From: Candidatus Poseidoniales archaeon
Lineage (GTDB): Archaea; Thermoplasmatota; Poseidoniia; Poseidoniales; Thalassarchaeaceae
Length of the DNA stretch: 63,720 nucleotides
Assembly (NCBI GenBank): GCA_003602515.1
Contig: QQSB01000002.1
Coordinates: forward strand, 6,296 to 70,015
Direction: 5' to 3'
Each line of letters starts with the position of its first letter. Positions within the stretch are counted from its first letter, which is position 1. Shown piece after piece: positions 27,369 to 35,260 of the stretch. The notes below the pieces were generated by a model. It worked only from the letters and a program-made list of their open reading frames with translations. It was not told where the DNA came from and ran no database searches. A program made the translations under genes and the position numbers.

Positions 27369-28178
27369 ATGGATAACGTCCTAAGGAGTAAAAATGGAAA
27401 AGCAAGAGGGCTTGCAATCGGTACATCGATAGCAGTCGGAGTCGTAATGATGCCAACAGTGGCAGCAGAGACTCAAATCCTCGCTGAAAACGATTGGGTG
27501 GGAATCAGCTTCTGGATAGCAACAGCAATGATGCTAGCCTCAACTGTATTCTTCCTTGTCGAGAGACAGAACGTGGATGACAAGTGGAAGACCTCCATGA
27601 CAGTGGCCGCACTGGTCACTGGTGTGGCATGGTACCACTACACATACATGCGCGAAGTCGCTGTAATGGATGGCGGTGGATCGCCACTCGTCTACAGGTA
27701 CATCGACTGGCTGATCACCGTACCGCTACAGGTTGTAGAGTTTTACCTGATTATGGCAGCAATCGGAGCAGCTACCTTCGCTATGTTCAGGAACCTAATG
27801 GCAGCATCAATCGTGATGCTCGTAGCTGGTTTCTTCGGCGAGTCAGGAGCATGGGATCTCTTCGGAGGCACAAGCACCGAGATCTGGTGGGTCATCGGAA
27901 TGGCAGGATGGGGTTACATCCTCTATGCACTCTGGGGAGGCGATGTCAAAGAGGCATCCGAGACCGGCAGCGATGGTGTGCAATTTGCATTCACCTCAAT
28001 GAGGTGGATCGTGTCAGTTGGGTGGGCGATCTATCCAATCGGCTACATGATGGGTAACGACATGATCTCCGGCTTCGACGTCGACGACATGAACATCATC
28101 TACAACATTGCTGACTTGGTGAACAAGACTGCATTCGGTATGATGGTATGGTACGCAGCTACCATGGACTCGCAATAG
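27369..28178 (+). CDS. proteorhodopsin (light-driven proton pump type)
   Basis: WYHYTYMRE (H75 equivalent). YRYIDWLITVPLQVVEF gives D-T-E at the 97/101/108 equivalents and Q at the 105 tuning site. Retinal lysine lies in NIADLVNKTAFGMMVW. N-terminal signal-like segment. ATG at 27369 is preferred over TTG at 27363. Confidence 0.9.
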   Translation: MDNVLRSKNGKARGLAIGTSIAVGVVMMPTVAAETQILAENDWVGISFWIATAMMLASTVFFLVERQNVDDKWKTSMTVAALVTGVAWYHYTYMREVAVMDGGGSPLVYRYIDWLITVPLQVVEFYLIMAAIGAATFAMFRNLMAASIVMLVAGFFGESGAWDLFGGTSTEIWWVIGMAGWGYILYALWGGDVKEASETGSDGVQFAFTSMRWIVSVGWAIYPIGYMMGNDMISGFDVDDMNIIYNIADLVNKTAFGMMVWYAATMDSQ

Positions 28179-28199
28179 GTCCTCAATAGCCAAACGCAA

Positions 28200-28233
28200 T
28201 CTCCGAGCGGTCGAGAAATCGGTCGCTCGGAGA
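28200..28233 (+). terminator. 15-bp GAAA-capped hairpin 22 nt after the proteorhodopsin stop
   Basis: TCTCCGAGCGGTCGA-GAAA-TCGGTCGCTCGGAGA has 13 Watson-Crick pairs plus 2 G-T pairs and is followed by a T-containing tract (AAATTCTTTATCC). Confidence 0.5.
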
Positions 28234-28302
28234 CCCAAATCAAATTCTTTATCCTCTGATGGATAAACACCCATTCATAAGTGGACTGACTGAGATAGGG
28301 AT

Positions 28303-28920
28303 ATGACAATACAGATCAAATCACCTGGAAAGCCTGCTGAAATAGATGCTGATGCCTTTCTGCCAACGGAAAGTGGAAACTTCAGAATACGAGTAACTGT
28401 TGATGACAATGGTCTGGAGCACTGTCTGGTGTATACCGGAGATTTAACAGGGGAAAATCCCCCTTTGATTAGAATTCACTCTGAGTGCCTGACTGGGGAT
28501 GCGTTCGGATCTCTAAAGTGTGATTGTGGGCCACAACTCAGAGCCTCCATGGAGAGGATCCAGCAAGAGGGACACGGGGCAGTAGTCTACTTGAGACAAG
28601 AGGGGCGCGGAATAGGGCTCAATTCGAAAATTAAGGCATATGCTCTCCAGGACTGCGGATACGATACTCTGGATGCCAATCTGGCACTTGGCCTGCCTGC
28701 AGATGGGAGAACATATGGAATAGCGGCTAGGATGTTGAAGGAGGCAGGAGTTAGAAAGGTCAGGATCATGACAAACAATCCTCTCAAGATCCAAGGACTC
28801 AAAGATAATGGAATCGAAGTGGTAAATAGAATCTCACACATCAGTGGAATCTCGGTCGAGAACTTAGACTACCTGAAAACCAAGCGAGAAAGAATGGGTC
28901 ATATCCTGGAATTAGAGTGA
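28303..28920 (+). CDS. ribA: GTP cyclohydrolase II
   Basis: IHSECLTGDAFGSLKCDCGPQL zinc site and YLRQEGRGIGL. Confidence 0.85.
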   Translation: MTIQIKSPGKPAEIDADAFLPTESGNFRIRVTVDDNGLEHCLVYTGDLTGENPPLIRIHSECLTGDAFGSLKCDCGPQLRASMERIQQEGHGAVVYLRQEGRGIGLNSKIKAYALQDCGYDTLDANLALGLPADGRTYGIAARMLKEAGVRKVRIMTNNPLKIQGLKDNGIEVVNRISHISGISVENLDYLKTKRERMGHILELE

Positions 28921-28966
28921 TTTAGATGGAAAATTCAAAAATTAAAGTTTTTGCGAGGGAGCAATC

Positions 28967-29431
28967 ATGACTCTAAAGGTCGGCGAAAAGGCCCAGGATT
29001 TCGAGCTGGAAACTAGCGAGGGGGATGTCTTTCGACTAAGTGACCTCGAAAACGAATGGAAAATAGTATTCTTCTACGCTAAGAGCGGTTCCCCTACCTG
29101 CAAGAGGGGTTGTCTAAACTTCAAGGAGCAATACGACTTGTTCCGATCTTTGACCCCCCCAGTCGAAGTAATCGGGATAAGCCAAGACTCGGTAAATCAG
29201 CACATGGAGTTCAAGAAAGAATTGGGACTTCCCTTCGCTCTACTATCCGATCCCGACAGAAAAGTAGCTGAGCAATTTGGCGTCCCCGTACACCTGGGAG
29301 TATTCCCTGCCAAATCCTCATACGTCTTGGGGCCAGACAACACAGTACGACACGTGTATGACTGGTTGTTCAGACCAAGAAAGCATGTAGCCAAGATTAT
29401 TTCGGCTCTATCCGAATCAGGAGTTGAATGA
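28967..29431 (+). CDS. bcp: peroxiredoxin (Bcp/AhpC-TSA family)
   Basis: FFYAKSGSPTCKRGC peroxidatic Cys region and LSDPDRKVAEQFGV. Confidence 0.7.
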   Translation: MTLKVGEKAQDFELETSEGDVFRLSDLENEWKIVFFYAKSGSPTCKRGCLNFKEQYDLFRSLTPPVEVIGISQDSVNQHMEFKKELGLPFALLSDPDRKVAEQFGVPVHLGVFPAKSSYVLGPDNTVRHVYDWLFRPRKHVAKIISALSESGVE

Positions 29432-30798
29432 TTATGGATTGGGACCAGATTCTAAGCGAATCAGGGCTCTCGAATAGAGAGATATCGGTAATTCACACCC
29501 TCTCTGGAAAAAAAAGCATGCGCGCCAGTCAAGTTGCTAAGGAGCTTGGTACTACCAGGCTTGAGGCGTACAAATCACTCGAGGAACTGCAGGGACTCGG
29601 ACTGGTTTCTGTGATAGCGGATAGGCCAATGAAGTTCTCATGCCCTAGAATCGACAAGGCGGTCGAGCATCTGATTGAGATTCGCAAGGGACAGCTGATG
29701 AGAATCGAAAGGGGCTACGATGAGATCCAGTCAGGTGTCGAAAAATCGAACTACGAGTATGAAGAAGTAGAAGATGACGATAGTCCAAAGTTCACAATCC
29801 TAAAGGAGAGGGTTAGGATTCTCAACAGGCTAGAGAAAATGGCAGAAAACTCAAATGAAGACTTGGTGATCATTGTCGGACGTTTCGGCATTCTACCCCT
29901 GTTTAGAAGTGGTACGATCACATCAATCAATGAAGCCTCCAAGAGAGGCGTCAGGATCAGAATTCTCGCGCAGCTAGACAAGAGGACTATTCGTTTCTAT
30001 CGTGACATCCACGAGTCAATAGAAGTCCGTCACTCTGATGACCTGGACGCACAGGGGGCCGTAAGGGACCAAAACGAAGTCATCCAATACCTAAGCTCAG
30101 ACGAGAATCCGGTCGGAAAGGGTAAGAATGACGCCGCCCTAGTGATTGAATCTAGCCAATTCGCAGAGAATCAGAGAAATTTGATAGAGGCAATCTGGGA
30201 AGAGTCCCTTCCCTTCGAGACGGCATCGAACAGGTTCACTGAAGAGAAGATAACAGACCCGCTGAAGCTGACACTCAACGAAGGTTCATTCCTCGAGAAA
30301 ATCAGAGATGTCCTGATGATAGAGGCCGAGATCCCCGAAGATGACACTCCCTTCAACATCAACTCTTTCCTTGCTTCCGGGCTAGAGATCAGCGATGCAA
30401 GGAAGAAATTGAACCAAGGTGGCATTGGAAGCCTCGAGGCATTCGGGATAGACCTAGCATCACTGATGAGGCAAGTGGGAAACAGGGTGGGAGAGGAGCT
30501 AGCTTTCAGCCTGAGGGGGATAGACCAGGAGATCGAGTTCCTCAATGAGATGATGGACTGGTGGGAGCATGCTGGCTTGGGGACCCTAAGCTACGAACTG
30601 GAGCCTGAATTCCACATCAATGTCCAGTTCACAGAGCTTCCCGAGGGTGAGGGGCTCCCCATTTGGGCCCTGGATGATGGAATCATCGAAGGCGCCCTGA
30701 AGGCCAGATACCCAGAAGGAGGGGACGTCGCAGTCCACAGAGAGGTGATCTCCAAGGATCCAGAGGCACTTCACAAGTACAATCTCATCATGGCATAG
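29428..30798 (+). CDS. TrmB-family transcriptional regulator with an extra C-terminal V4R-like domain
   Basis: N-terminal wHTH LSNREISVIHTL..MRASQVAKELGTTRLEAYKSLEELQGLGLV, then a TrmB-type middle domain. The C-terminus VGNRVGEELA..WWEHAGLGTLSYE..IIEGALKA resembles V4R but lacks its cysteines. Its ATG overlaps the bcp TGA. Confidence 0.6.
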   Translation: MIMDWDQILSESGLSNREISVIHTLSGKKSMRASQVAKELGTTRLEAYKSLEELQGLGLVSVIADRPMKFSCPRIDKAVEHLIEIRKGQLMRIERGYDEIQSGVEKSNYEYEEVEDDDSPKFTILKERVRILNRLEKMAENSNEDLVIIVGRFGILPLFRSGTITSINEASKRGVRIRILAQLDKRTIRFYRDIHESIEVRHSDDLDAQGAVRDQNEVIQYLSSDENPVGKGKNDAALVIESSQFAENQRNLIEAIWEESLPFETASNRFTEEKITDPLKLTLNEGSFLEKIRDVLMIEAEIPEDDTPFNINSFLASGLEISDARKKLNQGGIGSLEAFGIDLASLMRQVGNRVGEELAFSLRGIDQEIEFLNEMMDWWEHAGLGTLSYELEPEFHINVQFTELPEGEGLPIWALDDGIIEGALKARYPEGGDVAVHREVISKDPEALHKYNLIMA

Positions 30799-30836
30799 GC
30801 TCAAGATTTAGTCAGGCAGAGTATCTTTGCTCTCAC

Positions 30837-31736
30837 TCATTTTTCAGGTGTCCTCAGGCCGAGGACGAGTGCTGGAGTATTTTCTCTGTATTGTTGGTAG
30901 TCGGGATTGTCTCCCCACTTGGCTAAAGCGCGCTCGTCGAGAATCGGGATCCCGCTAATACGAGTTAGGAGTATGAATATGAAAATCGGCGAGACCCATG
31001 CTATCATCTCCAATCCCCCAAAGCAAGACACTCCGAAGAGTGCGATACCGGTCCAGAGGAGAATCTCACCGAGGTAGTTGGGATGACGGGAGCGGGCCCA
31101 AAGGCCTTGGTCAATCCATCTATCTCGATTTTCTGGCTTGGAATTGAATGTAGTCTTCTGTGCGTCTGCCACTACTTCAATCCCGAATCCAATCAGCCAT
31201 AATGCCATTCCTATTCCATCCCATACCGAAAGATCCGGTGCTGGCCCGGATTGGGTGTTGATTACAATCACCACGCTCATCGTAAGGAATACCCAGAGTC
31301 CCTGTAGGGTCCATGGAATTATGAATCGTACCGGGGAGGTCTTCAAACTGTCAAATCGTCCATCCTTGCCAGTTCGATGGATCCGTAAGAAGAGGAAACC
31401 TGAGAGTCGTAAGGACCAGATGATAGTCAGTATGCTGACTATCCACTCCCTCGGACTCGGAGGCTCTGAGAGAGCGCCTGCCCATAGGCTAAAGACGACA
31501 ATAGCCAGGAACGTCACCCCTCCGGTGATGTCGAAGAATCTCTCTGTTTGTTTTGCCGATGCAGGAACCCATGACAACCACTGAACCCCGAGGGCAATCG
31601 CAGCACAGATTATCGTCGCTGAAAATCCGCCGATATCGACCGAGTTGATACCGATAGCACTTGCAACTAGGGACATGATGATGAGGACGCTAGCCACGAC
31701 AACAGCCCCCCTAAACAGATCTTCGGAGGACTCCAT
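30837..31736 (-). CDS. DUF1295 / steroid 5-alpha-reductase-like membrane protein
   Basis: RSRHPNYLGEILLWTGIA motif and multiple TM helices. Confidence 0.7.
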   Translation of the reverse strand: MESSEDLFRGAVVVASVLIIMSLVASAIGINSVDIGGFSATIICAAIALGVQWLSWVPASAKQTERFFDITGGVTFLAIVVFSLWAGALSEPPSPREWIVSILTIIWSLRLSGFLFLRIHRTGKDGRFDSLKTSPVRFIIPWTLQGLWVFLTMSVVIVINTQSGPAPDLSVWDGIGMALWLIGFGIEVVADAQKTTFNSKPENRDRWIDQGLWARSRHPNYLGEILLWTGIALFGVSCFGGLEMIAWVSPIFIFILLTRISGIPILDERALAKWGDNPDYQQYRENTPALVLGLRTPEK

Positions 31737-31871
31737 GGTAGTCCGTACTAATGGTGGTTCATAAGGTGGCTTTCCCGCTCAACGAGTGTGCTTCATCAGG
31801 ATAGATGAGTGGGTACTGGAATAGGAGAAAGTAAAACACTCATTCATTAATGGATAGACAAGCCTAGAGAC

Positions 31872-32825
31872 ATGAAGAATAGCAGAATGATTATGCCATT
31901 GATCGTAGGAATGTATGTGACATTTACAATTGGAGCAATGTCACTAGCCCCAATCGTAGCGGCAGATGAAGCTGAAGATATACCAACGAACGCACAGAAC
32001 ACAGGGGTGCATGACTCACTAGTCGCTGCCCTTGCACATGCAGACCTAGTGACAGCACTGCAGGCGGATGGGCCGTTCACGGTATTCGCACCGACTGACG
32101 CGGCCTTCACGGCAGCGGGAATCGACCTGTCGACATTCGACACGGATGACGAGATCGCAGCCCTTGCTGACATCCTGACATACCACGTCTACGTGGGCTC
32201 AGTGGCATCCTCGGCTGTAACAGACGGCTTGACCGTCACCATGCTGAACGGCGACGAAGCCACCTTCACGGTGGCTGACGGAACCGTCATGATCGGCGAG
32301 GCGACGGTTACGCTAGCTGACGTGCCAGCCAGCAACGGAGTCATCCACGTGATCGACAAGGTCCTCATGCCACCGGCTGATGTAGTGGAGCCAGTAATCC
32401 CAGATGGTTGCGACTACGTCATCGGAATAGGTGATGATGGGCTCGCATACGACAATACCGACCTGTCCATCGAAGTCGGGCAGACCGTCTGCTGGATTTG
32501 GCAGGACGAGTCCATGGCCCACAACGTGGCTGAGATTGCTAACGAGGGTGATACCACCAGGATGATCGGTGGCCTCTACAGCGGTGAGTCGATGTCCACG
32601 GTAGACTACAGGGTCACCTTCGATGAGGACGAGACCTTCCACTACATCTGCGAGCCACATGCCACGATGGGCATGGCAGGCAAGATCACGGTGGGTACGG
32701 GAGTAACCGAGGTTGTGACTCCAGAGCCGGTCGAGGAAGAGGACAACAACACGCCAGGGTTCACTACACTGCTAGTGGCACTGGCCGTTATGTCCGCAGT
32801 ACTCGTCACCAGAAGGAAGGCCTAG
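31872..32825 (+). CDS. secreted FAS1 (fasciclin) - cupredoxin fusion with PGF-CTERM anchor signal
   Basis: FAS1: GPFTVFAPTDAAF and NGVIHVIDKVLMP. Type-1 Cu ligands: MAHNV and YICEPHATMGM. C-terminus: NNTPGFTTLLVALAVMSAVLVTRRKA. Confidence 0.75.
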   Translation: MKNSRMIMPLIVGMYVTFTIGAMSLAPIVAADEAEDIPTNAQNTGVHDSLVAALAHADLVTALQADGPFTVFAPTDAAFTAAGIDLSTFDTDDEIAALADILTYHVYVGSVASSAVTDGLTVTMLNGDEATFTVADGTVMIGEATVTLADVPASNGVIHVIDKVLMPPADVVEPVIPDGCDYVIGIGDDGLAYDNTDLSIEVGQTVCWIWQDESMAHNVAEIANEGDTTRMIGGLYSGESMSTVDYRVTFDEDETFHYICEPHATMGMAGKITVGTGVTEVVTPEPVEEEDNNTPGFTTLLVALAVMSAVLVTRRKA

Positions 32826-32915
32826 GTGATTGAATGAATCTGCCCCTGAAGAAAGTGAAGACCAGTTCTAGGCTAGATTGGTTTGCTTTGTTCTAGGGGC
32901 GATAAGTGAGTTTCC

Positions 32916-32972
32916 CTGGAAGAGAGTGGAAAAATCTGGGTTTTTTAACCCAAATATCCCACTCTCTTCCAG
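32916..32972. repeat. nested inverted repeat (long hairpin) between the cupredoxin gene and the MMPL gene
   Basis: The outer perfect 14-bp arms are CTGGAAGAGAGTGG (32916-32929) and CCACTCTCTTCCAG (32959-32972). The 29-nt spacer itself folds as TGGGTT-TTTT-AACCCA. Confidence 0.7.
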
Positions 32973-33033
32973 CGTACTCCAACACTCAACACCATCCAGA
33001 GAATTAGATAAACTCGGGTTGTCGGGGGCCGCC

Positions 33034-35259
33034 ATGGAAGGAGCGTTGTCGAGAGCTGGCAGATCTATCCACAGAAATAGATCTGTCATAGTTGCGGTTT
33101 CGCTTGCAACTGTATTGGTCTCTGTGTTTCTCATCACTCAGGGAAATGAATTCGAGGATGGAAACTCGCCCCCTACCTCGATAGAGTCTGGAAGAGCACT
33201 GGAGCTAGTTAGCGAAGAGCTTCCGGTAGTTTCTACGAACAGCGTGAACTACATTTTCACGCATGAGTCACTCGAGTGGGACGATCCCGCGTTTGAACAG
33301 GAGGTGAGGGAGTCCCTCATGGGACTGGATGAGATATCCCTTGGAGTTCTTGAAATCAGCCTGCCCTATGACAATCCTGAGGATCAATTCCACTTAGCTC
33401 GCCACGTTTCCATGGATGGGCACAGAATAGCCGCATTTGTGGAGTTCAACGGCACCGAAGAGGAGATTGCCAAGGAGATATCTCACATCAAAAATGCTGT
33501 TGATAGCGAACAGATGGAGATTCTTGTCACTGGTAGTCTCATTATCGATTCTGACTTCGACCGAATGCTAGAGGACGATCAAATCAGGGCTGAGATTATT
33601 GGAATCCCACTTTCGATTATTATCCTACTATTCGTCTTCAGGACTATTGTTGCATCGCTGCTACCGATGGCTGTAGCAATGTGCATGTTCCCCATGGCTA
33701 CCGGGCTATCTTTCTACATCTCTCGTTGGTTCTCCATGACCCAGTACTCGGTGTCGATGATCTCTCTCATTGGGATTGCAGTTTCTATAGACTACAGTCT
33801 GTTCATGATTAGCAGATTCCGTGAGGAGCTCGGCAAGGGTCAGGACGTGGAGGGAGCATTAGCAACGATGATGTCAACTGCAGGTCGGGCCATACTGTAC
33901 TCTGGAGCTACTGTCGCAGTGGGTCTGTGTACTCTTTTCTACTTCACAGCGACGCATATGCCATCAATGGGCATGGGTGCATTCCTAGCTGTTCTGGGGG
34001 CTCTGATATACTCGCTGACCCTGCTACCCGCCTTGCTTTCACTCGTCGGGCATAGGATAGACAGCTTGCCCGTCCCGTTACCATGGGGGGACGGAGAGGG
34101 TCGATTCTGGGAGGAGTTCTCTACGAAGGTGATGAAGAACCCAATGAGATGGCTGGTTCCTTCGATGGGTGTCCTACTGCTAATGGGGGCACCTTTCCTA
34201 CATGTGCAGTTGACCGCAGGAGGTCTGGACACACTCCCCCCAGATCTTGAGTCAAGACTGGCGTACGAGATTCTAGAGGAGGAGTTTCCCGCATTCACCG
34301 CCTCAAGCGTCCCGTTGGTAATAGTCTTCGATGACGGTCAAGAGCCGTATTCCAGAGCACTCGCAGTCTCAGTCTCAGAAATGTGCCAGAATGTGGCGAG
34401 CGTTGAGGGGGTCATCAGCGTGGAACATCCCCTCTGCAATCCCTCTTTGTTCGACACAGAAATTGATCAATGGCCTCAGGAGTACAGAGTCGCTTGGTTG
34501 ACCACTGTCTCAAACTCAGTTGCTATGATCAACGTACCAATTGAGTATCCTAGTGGGAGTGACGAGGCAGAGCAGTTGATCAAGGACATTAGGGCATTCA
34601 CATCAGTGAGCGAGGAAGAGGTCCTAGTGGGTAGTTGGACTTCCTACGAAGTGGATATGAAGGATCATCTGCGAGAGAGGATTCCAGCGGCTCTTGCATT
34701 CGTTCTAATTGTAACCATGGTACTGGTGTGGTTCCAGGTACACTCTGTTCTGGTGCCAATAAAGGCGGTACTCATGAACATCCTCTCAATAACCGCTTCC
34801 TTCGGACTGATAGTTGTTGTATTCCAAGATGGTCTGTTAGCCGGTCCACTGAACTTCACTCCACAACCACTGGATCTGATGGTCCCCCCGCTGGTGTTCG
34901 GAATCGCTTTCGGCCTCTCTATGGATTACGAAGTATTGATGCTCTCCAGGATTCATGAGTCTTGGCTAGAGACCAAGGATAATACTCGTGCCGTTTCAGA
35001 GGGTTTGCAGGCTTCTGGTAGGTTGATTACTGGTGCTGCAGCAATCATGATTGCAGTCTTCTCAGGATTCATCTTCGCAGACGTGATGATCATCAAATCA
35101 ATTGGTTTTGCCTTGGCCGTTGCGGTTTTCGTAGACGCTACCATCGTGAGGGCGATAGTCGTACCTTCGGCTATGAGGCTGATGGGAAGAGCCAATTGGT
35201 GGTCCCCGGATTTCACGCGCTCCCGCAAAAACAAAGACGAGTCGCTGGTTAACCAATGA
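33034..35259 (+). CDS. MMPL/RND-superfamily membrane transporter
   Basis: Two 6-TM bundles separated by soluble loops. AVSIDYSLFMISRFREE and GLSMDYEVLMLSRIHE are the duplicated MMPL motifs. ATG at 33034 is preferred over the ORF-track start at 32878, which runs through the hairpin. Confidence 0.8.
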   Translation: MEGALSRAGRSIHRNRSVIVAVSLATVLVSVFLITQGNEFEDGNSPPTSIESGRALELVSEELPVVSTNSVNYIFTHESLEWDDPAFEQEVRESLMGLDEISLGVLEISLPYDNPEDQFHLARHVSMDGHRIAAFVEFNGTEEEIAKEISHIKNAVDSEQMEILVTGSLIIDSDFDRMLEDDQIRAEIIGIPLSIIILLFVFRTIVASLLPMAVAMCMFPMATGLSFYISRWFSMTQYSVSMISLIGIAVSIDYSLFMISRFREELGKGQDVEGALATMMSTAGRAILYSGATVAVGLCTLFYFTATHMPSMGMGAFLAVLGALIYSLTLLPALLSLVGHRIDSLPVPLPWGDGEGRFWEEFSTKVMKNPMRWLVPSMGVLLLMGAPFLHVQLTAGGLDTLPPDLESRLAYEILEEEFPAFTASSVPLVIVFDDGQEPYSRALAVSVSEMCQNVASVEGVISVEHPLCNPSLFDTEIDQWPQEYRVAWLTTVSNSVAMINVPIEYPSGSDEAEQLIKDIRAFTSVSEEEVLVGSWTSYEVDMKDHLRERIPAALAFVLIVTMVLVWFQVHSVLVPIKAVLMNILSITASFGLIVVVFQDGLLAGPLNFTPQPLDLMVPPLVFGIAFGLSMDYEVLMLSRIHESWLETKDNTRAVSEGLQASGRLITGAAAIMIAVFSGFIFADVMIIKSIGFALAVAVFVDATIVRAIVVPSAMRLMGRANWWSPDFTRSRKNKDESLVNQ

Positions 35260-35260
35260 C

